Below, piece by piece: positions 52,376 to 64,000 of a stretch of DNA of 64,000 bases. The position numbers and the translations under genes were made by a program. Under the pieces are notes generated by a model. It made no database searches. It had not been told where the DNA came from and saw only the letters and a list, made by a program, of their open reading frames with translations. This DNA is from Histomonas meleagridis 2922-C6/04-290x (Eukaryota; Protista; Parabasalia). The stretch is from positions 543,118 through 607,117 of the forward strand of contig JAANOX010000034.1 in NCBI GenBank assembly GCA_020184695.1. The letters run 5' to 3'. Position 1 is the stretch's first letter. Every line of letters begins with the position of its first letter.

Positions 52376-55300
52376 ATGAATGGATTCCCATTTAGTTATA
52401 GAAGCAAAATAAAAAAATGTTTATTTGAATATAATAGAAGCACAGTGATCGAATTTAAAAATGCTTTTAATCAAATTTTTCAAAGTGAATCAGACGTCGA
52501 TATTGATAATCAAGATTTTGATGATCACAATAAATGGCTTTTTGAAATAATGAACAAGACTCAAGATATTATTGTCACTTCACGTGCGCTTTTTTTTATT
52601 TTACCGTCAAGTGATTTCCCAATTTCTAATTTATTTCAACAATTGAATTTTATTTCTACAAAACGACATATTGATTCTCTTACAATAAAATCCATCAAGT
52701 CCATAAATCATATATTCCAGCAATATCCAGAGATATTACATCAGTATTCCAAATTATTTTTTACCAACAAACCCAAATGGATACATTTTTCTGTCATAGG
52801 TCGTTTAGCGCCACTTATTGAAGTTACACAGTCCGCACAAATCATTCATACATTTACAGATATTATTCCCACGTTAACATCTACCACATTTCAACATCTT
52901 AAGTCATTTATTAATGGATTATCATTTGGTTTATTTAATGATTATTTAAAACCATTTCTAGATCAACAACTTATGCGAAATCCTGAATCATTTATGATCA
53001 TATCCAAAGAAATCATTTCACAACTTCAATTTTCATATTATAAAATTCATCCACAACATAATTTTATAGAATCTATTTCATCCGCATGTTTATCATCTAG
53101 TCGAATATTATCTAATCAAGCGAATGAAGTTATTAAAATCCTTTCATCACATATTTCGCCAACAATATTTCCATTTAATAACAAGTCAATAATTCCATAT
53201 TTTTCTACTGTTGAAGTTACAACTAAAACAGTCGAAGTTGCATTAGAAAGCCTTAAACGTAATTATCCACTTTCATCACGAATTTCGATATTTTCTTTTA
53301 TTACAAGAGCGTTATTAAAGAATTCGAAGTTATTTAATGCGAATTTATTTATACAAAAATATTTAATTCCAACTTCACAATATCAATTTATTTATTGTTT
53401 ATTAAACTTAGAAAACATTAATTTAGAGCCAATTATTTCATCACTTAAAAACTTAAATACAACACCAATAATATTTGCGTTAAAAGTTAAATTAAAATTA
53501 GCAAAGTTTAGAGATTTCGATATTGTATCATTTTATACAAAGAATAATTGTAAGGATTTACTTCAAGAAGAAATTTATTGTTTTTCTGATTTGTTATTAC
53601 AAATTCGAAATGAATCACCTGATTTTTCTGCAAAATATTTCGTTTTATTTTCGGAATATACAAAACATAATAAAATTATATTAAAGACATTTGATAAAGC
53701 ATTAATAAATGCACCAAATGAATTCATTGATTCATTATTTAATATTTTCTTAAATAGAACACCGAATGATTTAATTAAATTTGTTCCAATATTACAAAAA
53801 TATTATAAATCATTGTCAAGTAAACAATTAGCTATAGCTATAGCTTTAGGAGTTGATATTTTAGAAGAAGTTAATGAACGTATTATAAATATATTATTTT
53901 CACTTCTTAAAAAGAATAATTGGACAAATAATGTCGAGAAAGCAATTATAAAATTAATTAAATTTCCAAATCTTCATAAAGCAATTTCTAATTTTGTTAT
54001 TGATTATATTAATGATGAAACATATTTTAATATAATTTCAAATATATTTTTAAATTTCGATTATGAAATTGATAAAAATCTTTTTAATAATGTATTTAAT
54101 GAACCAAATAAAAACCAAAAATTAATAGAAATTTGTTTATCAATGAAAAGTTATATACAATTTCCTATAATGTTAACACAATTATTAATACATAATGAAA
54201 ACATTGCAAAGTTTTCACGTAAATTTTATTTTTCATTTTTACCTAAATTAAATAAATTTACTGTTTTCGACTTTTTGTTATTCTTATCATTTTATCCAAA
54301 ATTACTTAAATCACAAACATTTGATGAAATATCACAAAATATTTCACAACTTTTATGTAAATTCGAATTTGTTGAATATTCCAAACTTAAAATCATTAAT
54401 ATATTAGAGAAAGTTGAAGATTCTGATGAAATTCTTGCACATCTTTATGCATCTGATAAACTTAATGAAGTTAATGAGATGCATATAGCACATCGAATTT
54501 TATATAGTGAAAAATGTGCAAAATGTTTTGATAAAGAAATGGAAAATTATGGCGATATCTTTCATGAGAAAATTATTTCTATTGCGTTAACTCGACATCA
54601 AATTTATAAAGATTTCTTACCGAACTTTTCATCATATTTATATAATTTAATGACATTAAATTGTAATGATGATATATATGTTAAATGTATCTCGAACACG
54701 ATATATAATTATTATAATAAAATATCTAAAGAAGAAATAATTGATACATTATTCCAAAAACTTAATAATAAACCAACTGTTTTACAACTTGTTATACAAA
54801 ACTTAACTTCAATTGGTAATAAGAATCAAGTTATTTATGATTTTATTATAAATCTAAAACCTAATCAATTAATACCGAACGCTTTTAATACAATTGTCGA
54901 AAAGTTTTTATTACAAACACATTCAGAAGCAATCATTGATAAGTTTTTATCTCAACCTCAATTCGCTGCTATGCCAAAAGGTACAATTTCTTCTTTGTTA
55001 TGGGCATTACGTTCATCAAAACGAACAGTGAAAGAATTATTTGATCAAATATTAACACAATGTCGACCTAAAATATCAGATGAAATAATAAAATATTTAA
55101 TAAGTTGTGTAAATATTTTAAGACAAATTAATAAAATTGAAATACAAAACATTTCGAATTCTTATGTAAATAATTATGAACAAAAAAAGAAAGAACATAT
55201 TGCATTAGTATTTCATTTTAGTAATATTCCAGATAAAATGAAAACTTTACAGCAATGGTTAATTAGTGATAATGAAAAAACAAAAGATTTAGCTTTAACT

Positions 55301-58300
55301 ATATTACGATATTTATTTAATATACCTTCTGAAGCACAACATTTAAATGTATTATTAAAGAATTTAATATTAACTACACCTGAAAATGATATAAAAATCA
55401 TTGAATCAACTACTAATGCATTACGTGCTGCTGCTTCTTCATTAAATGAAGATATCTTAACTGAGATAATGCCATTTTTCATATCATTAATTAAACCTGA
55501 GTTTTCACGTTCTTCATTTGAAGCAGCAATTTCATTTTTAATTGTTGTAGAAACTAAATATCCATTAATTTTATTATATTATTTACATGATTTATTTTCT
55601 GCTATTCAAGGGATTCGAATTGAAAACACAAACATTAATTCATTATTTACATTAATCGAATCACATTTAAAACAATCAAATTATCCAACATTATTACAAC
55701 AAATTATTAATTTAATTCGTACACATCAAAACACTTTAACTATTTTCGAATGTATTGAAAAAAACATTGAACAAACTTATAATAATGAATCATTAACTAA
55801 AATCACATTTTCGATGATACAAAATTCATTTAATTCATTAGATTTACAATTAAAATCAATTTCATATAAAATACTTTCAAGTTTTAATTTACCTGATTCA
55901 TTATTTGAGAAGTCTATTGATATATTTTATAATTTATGTTCTGAATCACATCGAAAAGAATTAATTATTCATTTCCAAAACTTTTTAAGTAAATGTACAT
56001 TTGAACGTAAAGACAAAGTTTACAAAACATTTTTAAAAAAAGCAGAAACAACTATTAAAGATTATCAATCTAATGGTTTATCTATGTTATTTGGAGCTAT
56101 TTTAGCGTCAATAAATGAAAAAGATTATATTAGTGATTTAATAGAATTCATTAACACTACAAATAACACTATTTTAAGAGATACTTTAATGTCATCATTA
56201 ATCGAAATGTTTGAATTAAGTTCTGGTGCATTTTCTGATAAAATTATATCAGTTACAATGTGTATTCTTGTATATGCTGATCAATCATCAAAATTATCAT
56301 TTAGATTACTTAAACAAATCATTAATTATGTGCCGAATAATAAAATTGATTCTTTTCTTGATATGTTATCGAATCAACTTTCTTCTTCTTCTCCTGATGT
56401 ACGTGAAATGTGTTTATCTTTAATAATGACATTTTTAAGGTCATTAAATAAATTTAATGATGAACATCATAAATTTACTAAAACTTCTTTTGATAAATTA
56501 TCTATGTCTTGTTATACTTTAACATTTGATAATGAACCACCTATAGTTAAACAAGCAAATCTTTTATTACCTTTATTAAACATTAATAATTATTCTTATG
56601 ATGTTAATTATATTGATCATTTCCTTTTATCTAAAGATGAAAGGATTAAATTAATTGGAATTTCTTCCATTTTATCATTAATTAAAATATCAATTGAGAA
56701 TAATAATAATAATTACATAAATATTGTTGAATTTTGGGCTAAAACTTCTCAAGAAGAATTTGAAAAACAATTTTTATTAGCTTATAAAACATTAATATCG
56801 ATTGATTTACGATCTATTTTTTCAAAGCAATTCTTAATTTCTAATGTTGATATTCCATATACTACAAAAATATGTAAATATTTCATATATTCATTTTTAG
56901 ATTCTAGTAAAAACATTAAATATATTCCCGAAACATATCAAAAATGGCGTGAAAATAATCCGTTATTAGAATCCTTTAAATTTGCTGAGAAAACACTTTC
57001 GATTTTATTTAATATTTCACATGGTAATTATAATCCTAAACCATTTTTATCATCACCACAAAAGCCTTTATTCACAACAAAAACTAATCGTTCATCGACA
57101 GGAAATATTATTACAGAAGATGTCCAACAATTTAGTCAAGAATGTAATGATTCATTTATATCATTAGCAATATTATTACGTAATGAAAGTGTCATCAATT
57201 GTTTTAAATCATTTTCACCACGTGATCAAATATTATTAAAACTTTCTGTAAAAATCTCGAATATTAATCCTGAATTCTTTTTAAAATATGCCGAAACTTA
57301 TGCTGATCGAATTTTAATGTTATTATTTTCGGATATACCGAATGATAGTATTCGAATTATTCAAGAATCTTTTGTGAATTTATTAATGCGACTTAACTCG
57401 AATCAAATTAAATTATTACTTGATCGAATTACTCCATTTTTCCTTAATTTCCAACCATCACAAAATAATCGGAAAATGTTTAACGATAGTTTCGTATCAT
57501 CGATTATTATGTGTTTAACTAATTCCATTCAAGATCGTCAAAATCAAGCTGATATTAATGAAGCGTTACCTTTATTCATTGTATCGATATTTCCTTATAT
57601 GAGTGATATAATACGTTCGAAATTTGCTGATTCATTAATTTTCATATTTTTAAATGAAATCATTAATGGTAATAAATCAAATACTTTAAACCTTTTAATC
57701 GCAATGAATCATTTCGAACCTTATCTTTCACAACATCGAGAAATTTATATAACGACAACATTAGCTACTATATTATCATATCCTAAAATTGATACTGAAT
57801 TACGTTCTGAAGTTTTAACTTCATTCGATATAGCTTTATCATTAGGTTTAAGTAGTAAATATTTACTTTCGATAATAATCGCTCGTATTAATGTCGGCGA
57901 TACTTTATTACTTCTTGAATCGATTGAATTTGTTCTCGAGTTTTCGAAAGAGAAAATTTCGAGCACATTTTTAATTGAAAATGTTTGGAATATTATTCGT
58001 TGTAAAAGACGTGATAATGATTTTTTAATTAAAGCTAAAACTTTACGTATAGCTGCATTAATTACGAATATGTTAACAGATGAGAATTCGATAAATATTA
58101 TTAGTGACGCATTACCAATTGATAATGATGATCCTATTTCTTTTTGTTCTTTTCTTTCGGGTATTAAAAATATCGATAAATTACGAAGTGATCAAATTTC
58201 GGCTATCGAAAGACATATCGGTAGTGCTAAAGTCGATTACTCGTGTATATTACCGATAATTCCTTTGCTTTTCCATTGCAATAGTAAAAGTTTAATCATT

Positions 58301-58606
58301 AGTTGTATGAGCGTTTTAGTTAGAGGGATAAATGAAGGGCCTTATTTGGCACCTAAATTATGTATAGAAGCATTATCGACATTAGTGGAGAAATTACATA
58401 ATATGGACGTGAAAAATAGCGCAATGATTGTGACCGGTATTTATTTCGCTTATTGCGGATTGGAAGGAGAGTTAAGAAATAAGGCCGGCGAATTGTTGAC
58501 GGCAATATTGGGAAAACCTGGCCAAAAAATGCAGTTTAGAGAGACGTATTTTAAGGAATTGGACGCTTCTGTATTACAAGCATTGAAAAGAGATTTTGGA
58601 TTTTAG
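52376..58606 (+). CDS. Large HEAT-repeat protein, possibly GCN1-like
   Basis: 2076-aa all-helical ORF; ALRAAASSL..LTEIMPFFI and IIARINVGD resemble GCN1 segments. Confidence 0.5.
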   Translation: MNGFPFSYRSKIKKCLFEYNRSTVIEFKNAFNQIFQSESDVDIDNQDFDDHNKWLFEIMNKTQDIIVTSRALFFILPSSDFPISNLFQQLNFISTKRHIDSLTIKSIKSINHIFQQYPEILHQYSKLFFTNKPKWIHFSVIGRLAPLIEVTQSAQIIHTFTDIIPTLTSTTFQHLKSFINGLSFGLFNDYLKPFLDQQLMRNPESFMIISKEIISQLQFSYYKIHPQHNFIESISSACLSSSRILSNQANEVIKILSSHISPTIFPFNNKSIIPYFSTVEVTTKTVEVALESLKRNYPLSSRISIFSFITRALLKNSKLFNANLFIQKYLIPTSQYQFIYCLLNLENINLEPIISSLKNLNTTPIIFALKVKLKLAKFRDFDIVSFYTKNNCKDLLQEEIYCFSDLLLQIRNESPDFSAKYFVLFSEYTKHNKIILKTFDKALINAPNEFIDSLFNIFLNRTPNDLIKFVPILQKYYKSLSSKQLAIAIALGVDILEEVNERIINILFSLLKKNNWTNNVEKAIIKLIKFPNLHKAISNFVIDYINDETYFNIISNIFLNFDYEIDKNLFNNVFNEPNKNQKLIEICLSMKSYIQFPIMLTQLLIHNENIAKFSRKFYFSFLPKLNKFTVFDFLLFLSFYPKLLKSQTFDEISQNISQLLCKFEFVEYSKLKIINILEKVEDSDEILAHLYASDKLNEVNEMHIAHRILYSEKCAKCFDKEMENYGDIFHEKIISIALTRHQIYKDFLPNFSSYLYNLMTLNCNDDIYVKCISNTIYNYYNKISKEEIIDTLFQKLNNKPTVLQLVIQNLTSIGNKNQVIYDFIINLKPNQLIPNAFNTIVEKFLLQTHSEAIIDKFLSQPQFAAMPKGTISSLLWALRSSKRTVKELFDQILTQCRPKISDEIIKYLISCVNILRQINKIEIQNISNSYVNNYEQKKKEHIALVFHFSNIPDKMKTLQQWLISDNEKTKDLALTILRYLFNIPSEAQHLNVLLKNLILTTPENDIKIIESTTNALRAAASSLNEDILTEIMPFFISLIKPEFSRSSFEAAISFLIVVETKYPLILLYYLHDLFSAIQGIRIENTNINSLFTLIESHLKQSNYPTLLQQIINLIRTHQNTLTIFECIEKNIEQTYNNESLTKITFSMIQNSFNSLDLQLKSISYKILSSFNLPDSLFEKSIDIFYNLCSESHRKELIIHFQNFLSKCTFERKDKVYKTFLKKAETTIKDYQSNGLSMLFGAILASINEKDYISDLIEFINTTNNTILRDTLMSSLIEMFELSSGAFSDKIISVTMCILVYADQSSKLSFRLLKQIINYVPNNKIDSFLDMLSNQLSSSSPDVREMCLSLIMTFLRSLNKFNDEHHKFTKTSFDKLSMSCYTLTFDNEPPIVKQANLLLPLLNINNYSYDVNYIDHFLLSKDERIKLIGISSILSLIKISIENNNNNYINIVEFWAKTSQEEFEKQFLLAYKTLISIDLRSIFSKQFLISNVDIPYTTKICKYFIYSFLDSSKNIKYIPETYQKWRENNPLLESFKFAEKTLSILFNISHGNYNPKPFLSSPQKPLFTTKTNRSSTGNIITEDVQQFSQECNDSFISLAILLRNESVINCFKSFSPRDQILLKLSVKISNINPEFFLKYAETYADRILMLLFSDIPNDSIRIIQESFVNLLMRLNSNQIKLLLDRITPFFLNFQPSQNNRKMFNDSFVSSIIMCLTNSIQDRQNQADINEALPLFIVSIFPYMSDIIRSKFADSLIFIFLNEIINGNKSNTLNLLIAMNHFEPYLSQHREIYITTTLATILSYPKIDTELRSEVLTSFDIALSLGLSSKYLLSIIIARINVGDTLLLLESIEFVLEFSKEKISSTFLIENVWNIIRCKRRDNDFLIKAKTLRIAALITNMLTDENSINIISDALPIDNDDPISFCSFLSGIKNIDKLRSDQISAIERHIGSAKVDYSCILPIIPLLFHCNSKSLIISCMSVLVRGINEGPYLAPKLCIEALSTLVEKLHNMDVKNSAMIVTGIYFAYCGLEGELRNKAGELLTAILGKPGQKMQFRETYFKELDASVLQALKRDFGF

Positions 58607-58755
58607 AGTTAGAAGTAAAAATTAAATATTTGTAATGTAATTTGTGTGTTTGTTTTTATAAATAATTTTGAGATATTTATTAAAATGTAAAGGATCGAGA
58701 ATAATTTAAAAAAAAATCAATAAAATTTAATTATATTATTTTTACAAATTTTTTA

Positions 58756-60409
58756 TTAAACTTTGGAATTTGAATTACAATTTGTGTTTTTCCTATTGAG
58801 CATTTGAACTATTTCTAATTATGTTTTGATGCATAACAAAGTTCTGTTTCAAATATTTTATATAATCTCAAAAAAATATTTTGAAATATGAAATTATTAA
58901 AATAAATAATATCTTTAGTATTAATATCAATTCCTTTTTGTTCAAGAAGTAATTTAACTATTTCTGTATGACATTTTACAGATGCCAATATAAGTGCTGT
59001 ATTAAATATTTTAAATTATTTCCAAATATTATTTTGAAATATAAAATCATTAAAATAAATAATAAATAAAACAAACAAATATTTTTAGCATTTATATCAA
59101 TTCCTTCTTGTTCAAGAAGTAATTTAACTATTTCAATATGGCCTCCTAAAGATGCTTTCATGAGTGCTGTTTCATATAATCAAATTAACTTCCAAATATT
59201 ATTTTGAAATATCAAATTATTAAAATAATTTTTAAATAAAACAAATAAATATTTTTAGCATTAATATTAATTCCTTTTTGTTCAAGAAGTAATTTAACTG
59301 TTTCTGTATGACCATTTTCAGATGCAAATATAAGTGCTGTCATAAATAATTCAAATAATTTTCAAATATTATTTTGAAATATTAAATTATAAAAATAAAT
59401 AATATCTTTAGCATTAATGTCAATTCCATTTTGTTCAACAAGTAATTTAACTATTTCTATATGACTATTTTCAGCCGCATACATAAGTGCTGTTTTAAAT
59501 AATTTAAATAATTTCCAAATATTATTTAGAAATATAAAATTATTAAAATAAATATTATATAATACGAAAAAATATCTTTATTATTAATATCAATTCCTTT
59601 TTGTTCAAGAAGTAATTTAACTATTTCTATGTGACCTTTTGCAGATGCATGCATAAGTGCTGTCCAAAATAATTTAAATAATTTCCAAATATTATTTTGA
59701 AATATAAAAATATTTAAATAATTTTTAAATAAAACAAATAAATATCTTTAGCATTAATATCAATTCCTTTTTGTTCAAGAAGTAATTTAACTATTTCTAT
59801 GTGACCATGAAAAGATGCTCTTATAAGTGCTGTCCAAAATAATTTAAATAATTTCCAAATATTATTTTGAAATATGAAATTATTAAAATAAATAATATCT
59901 TTATTATTAATATCAATTCCTTTTTGTTCAACAAGGAATTTAACTGTTTCTGCATGACCATTTTCAGATGCTAAAATAAGTGCAGTTCTAAATATTTTAA
60001 ATTATTTCTAAATATTATTTTGAAATTCTAAATGATTAAAATAAATATTAAATAAAACAAATAAATATCTTTAGCATTAATATCAATTCCTTTTTGTTCA
60101 ACAAGGAATTTAACTGTTTCTGCATGACCATTTTCAGATGCTAAAATAAGTGCAGTTCTAAATATTTTAAATAATTTCCAAATATTATTTTGTAATATCA
60201 AATTATCAAAATAAATATGAAATAAAACAAATAAATATCTTTAGCATTAATATCAATTCCTTTTTGTTCAAGAAGTAATTTAACTTTTTCTAGGTGACCA
60301 TCTGAAGATGCAATGATAAGTGCTGTCCTAAATAATTTAAATAATTTCCAAATATTATTATGTAATATCAAATTATCAAAATAAATTTTAATAAAAATAA
60401 TTAAATATT
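58756..60409 (-). repeat. Tandem array D: ankyrin block plus spacer
   Basis: Spacer lengths 5'->3': 77,77,77,60,77,77,60,77,77,60. Confidence 0.95.
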
Positions 60410-62716
60410 TTTAGCATGAATATCAATTATTTTTTGCTTTAAAAGATATTGGAAAAGTTCAACATTTACTGATTTTGTCCCGAGTAACATGTTTTGTGAA
60501 ATTTTGTTTTCTTTTATAAAATGTTTGGTAAGATACAAATTTTCTGTATCTAATGCAGCTTCAAAAAGATCAAGATTGATTTTCAATCCATTTTCTTGTA
60601 AAAATCTTAATATTTCATAGTTATGATATAAAATACATAACTTTCCTAATTTTTCAAATTTGTTAATTTCACCTATTTTATTCTCATAAAGATAATGGAA
60701 AATATCATTTCGATGGAATTCAATTGCTGTTTCATATGCTTTATAAAATGATGAATTATTTTGTTCACACAAATGAATGATTTCCTCATTTCCACCTGCA
60801 ATTGCATACTTACCTGCATTAGATACTTTTGCACCATTCATAAGTAAATATTTAAAACATTTAACTGCTGAAAAAAATGCTGCATAATCAATTAGTGAAA
60901 CATAATAACGAGTAATAAAAGAACATCTTTCATAAGGTGATTTTTCAATTTTTTGATTAATAACAAAATTTGTTTGTGATGTTATTTCTTGAAGTTTTTC
61001 TATATCATCATTTCGAATTATTTTTGCTATTTCATTTGGATTATGTCCTTCTTTAACATATTGCTTATGAAGTTCCCAATCATTCTTCGAAAGTTTATCT
61101 ATATCTGGATAATTCATTTTATTGATTTCGTCAGGTGTCATATATTGCAAAAAATATATACTCTTGTTTGTCATGGCTTTTACTTCAATCATATTTTGAT
61201 TCATCATATATGCTAAAAGATAATTTGACTCAGAAGTGTCCAATTGAAAAAGTAATTTTTCAAACATATCAAATATTTTATATTTACATTGTTTGCTTTC
61301 TTCAAAAGTTTCTATAATTTTTAAAAGATCAAAATATACTTTAACATCATTTGTTAATATTGCAAATGATTGATAAATCATTTTCAGTATAATTATGTTA
61401 AATGAATATGAATAGTTATTATCAAATAAATCAGTTATTACTTGTGCTGAATGAGCAATATTTTCTTCATTCAAACCGAAAATTGTTTTTTCCAACAATT
61501 TAAGTTTTTCCCATTCATCATTATCTATTTCTGTTTCTTCTTCTTCTTCTGTTTCTGGTATTGATCCAAGTTTAATCATTTTTACAATCAAGAAAATGAA
61601 TGCAGAAACAATTACAAATCCAATAATCAAATTTCTAATTAAATTAAACCAAAATTTTGGCTTTTTTGATTGTATCTTTAAATTATATATAAAACCATCA
61701 AATCCTGCTCCTGGACCTAATGGTATTTCTTTATTATTCATAACATTATTTATCCACAACATAATGTCATTTGAATTATATTCTCCTTCATAATGATAAT
61801 AAATATTTTTGGTTGGATATACTATCGTTAATTGATTTCCTTCATTAAAACGAACTCCAAATGTATGACACATTCGTGGAACTTCAGAACAATTAATCAA
61901 ACCTGTTTTAAGATATTTTGGAAATTGTTTTGCCATTTCGATTAAGTCTTTAGTGAAAGATATTCCATTTTCATAATATAACATAAATGGTGTTGTTTTA
62001 TTTAGATGTTCTTTAAAGAAAAAAGTGGTTGCCTTATAAATAGGTGGAAATGAATGTAACTCAACAAAATCTTCAATTAACTTATCACTATTAGCTTCAA
62101 GATATAGTGTATCTGTAACATTAGTAATTGGTGATAAATATATTATAATAGGTTTTGTCTCATTATCAAATTCTTTATATTCAAGTTTATAGAATTTGGT
62201 TGGTGTGTTTTTATAATTTTTGAGAATATTTTCAAAAATTTGTTCATTTATGTCTGAACTAATGTCTTGAAGGAAGAATAATGATGAGTTCTCATCAGAT
62301 TTTAGGATTTCTTTGAATTGCACATGATCTGAGATTTTGGATATTGTCATCTCAGTTATTCTCTTTTCAATAAAAGAAATAAATTCATCTAATGAATACG
62401 TGTTATAATAAAATTCATTAGATTCTATACCTGATTTAACCCAAAAAAGTCGAGGTGTTCCTGAATGCGGAAATTTATTACAAATAGATAATTCATTATC
62501 ACATGATATAGACGCTATGATAACTCTTTCATCATTTTTATAATGTTCTTCTAATTGTTTCCAAGTGGGTTCTAATTCTTTGCAATGAGAACACCATTGA
62601 GAATATAGTTTTAAAAAAACAGGAATCCGTTGTGTTTCAGATATAAAATCAGTAATATTCCTTGAAGATATTTCTATTATTGTTGAAAAAGAAGAATAAA
62701 GAAACAAAATAAACAT
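58756..62716 (-). CDS. Gene D: signal peptide-thioredoxin-TM-DUF3447-ankyrin, interrupted by 10 spacers
   Basis: 771-aa ORF with WCSHC, TM IIGFVIVSAFIFLIV and DUF3447 motifs, ending HAKNI-TAA inside the first spacer; 9 intact 93-nt blocks; terminal block with a 1-nt slip, probable stop 58756-58. Confidence 0.75.
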
Positions 62717-62826
62717 CTGAGCCGAATGAAATACGTTAAACTATTCATTAATTAAAACGATTAATTAAAATTCAAAAAAAGCAGTTTGATTGAACGTTAA
62801 TGAAAAATAAAGAACGTTAACAACAT

Positions 62827-63915
62827 ATGGATGAATTCAAAGTTTTGCTAAAGCTTCAGCATTACTTAGATTCTGTTCATCCTGATAATATCGATAATTT
62901 GTCAAACAAAATGTTGAAATCAAGTTTCTTCGATGATAGCCAAAATAAAATTAATTTTTTTTGGAATTTAATAAAAACAAAAATTATTTTTTCGCAAAAC
63001 ACAACTTTTTCAACTTCAAAGTTTCTAGCTATGCTAATCAAAACTTTTAAAAAAGACCATATTTTTAATGAATTAATATGTGATTTCTCAAATTTACCAA
63101 AATCTTTTTTCCCACTTTTTATTCCTTTTATTTTCCATTGTATGAAAATTGGTATAATTTCACCAAATATTCTTAGCAATTTAATTACTTATATTCATCA
63201 TAATCACCCAAAAAGCACAATAATTTTATTTTTTATATGGTTTTTGCCATACATTGAGAAGTATCAACCAAAATATTTCTCATCATTGAAGTCTGTTTTC
63301 TTAAATTCGACCATGATCGGATTAAACATATTCAAAAATAATTTTGATAAGCTGAAGCAATCGAATTGGAAACTTCATCAACAATTTACAAATGTCGGAT
63401 ACTTCCCAGATACGCTTGAATATGCAATTAAAACCGATGATGTCGAAATGTTAAATAACCTTCAACTTGATCCAAATACAAATATCGAAAGTTCATTATT
63501 ACATTGTTCGAACTTAATTAATTCTATGCCTTCTGGATTAGAATTTGCCGCATTTTTTGGTGCAGAGAAATGTTTTAATTTTTTGTGGGTAAATGGAGCT
63601 AAATTTAAAATATCAAATTCATTAAGAACAATTAATTTTGCATTTTGCGGCGGAAATAAAAATATTATCGAAAAATGTATAAGAGAAAATCCTAATTTCG
63701 AAAACTCGTTGCAAATAACTACATTGTTCCATCAAAATAAATATTTTTTTATGATTTATAATTTAGAAAACCAAAGCCTTTTCGAAAGTTCTTCAAGGTT
63801 TTCTTCTGTGATGTTTCATGCTGCTCAAAGTAATAACATTGAAATACTTTTGTTCTGTGTAGAGATAGTATCAAAAATGAAAAACCGGAAGGAATTAATT
63901 GTTACTTTTGTTTAA
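62827..63915 (+). CDS. DUF3447-like ankyrin-related protein of a different subfamily, possibly 3'-frameshifted
   Basis: LEYAIKTDDVEML, LEFAAFFGAEKCFNFL, FAFCGGNKNII, MFHAAQSNNIEIL. Confidence 0.75.
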   Translation: MDEFKVLLKLQHYLDSVHPDNIDNLSNKMLKSSFFDDSQNKINFFWNLIKTKIIFSQNTTFSTSKFLAMLIKTFKKDHIFNELICDFSNLPKSFFPLFIPFIFHCMKIGIISPNILSNLITYIHHNHPKSTIILFFIWFLPYIEKYQPKYFSSLKSVFLNSTMIGLNIFKNNFDKLKQSNWKLHQQFTNVGYFPDTLEYAIKTDDVEMLNNLQLDPNTNIESSLLHCSNLINSMPSGLEFAAFFGAEKCFNFLWVNGAKFKISNSLRTINFAFCGGNKNIIEKCIRENPNFENSLQITTLFHQNKYFFMIYNLENQSLFESSSRFSSVMFHAAQSNNIEILLFCVEIVSKMKNRKELIVTFV

Positions 63916-64000
63916 TTGATGTTTACTTGCTATTTTTGAAGTATTAAATTCCATGCAACAATTTGCTCCACTTGAATCAGTTAATGTTCTTATTCATTTC

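Noticed and set aside
63880-64000. A spacer-interrupted array after gene 62827..63915
   Set aside because: No recognisable xTAL block or TTTRRAA-N16 register before the window ends; cannot be supported.

Overview
AT-rich, gene-dense eukaryotic DNA, most likely a parabasalid (Tritrichomonas/Trichomonas-like). This is inferred from intronless housekeeping genes, BspA-like LRR surface proteins, DUF3447-ankyrin genes, Inr-like TCAYT motifs and a mariner element. Ordinary genes include IFT88, a TTL-family ligase, BRO1, TMEM181-like, two MATE transporters, Kelch, exportin-T-like, CHD-like, calpain-like and GCN1-like. Accessory content includes a 1288-bp mariner with perfect 29-bp TIRs, two mosaic BspA genes and several relics (actin, Rab, cupin, bacterial-type glycoside hydrolase, D5-like helicase). 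The main finding concerns four minus-strand DUF3447-ankyrin genes (A 6746-10631, B 14371-17744, C ~47228-48875, D ~58756-62716). In these, every ankyrin repeat is a clean 93-nt coding block separated from the next by an AT-rich spacer at the same beta-hairpin position. By manual count, 31 of 42 spacers are exactly 77 nt and 5 are 57-60 nt. They carry no conserved GT-AG or ACTAAC signal and usually break the frame or contain stops. The coding blocks nevertheless stay stop-free and vary at binding-surface positions. This points to an unrecognised excision or recoding mechanism (non-canonical intron, ribosomal bypass or DNA-level removal); the sequence alone cannot decide which. Many single-base frameshifts sit in homopolymers and may be long-read errors.
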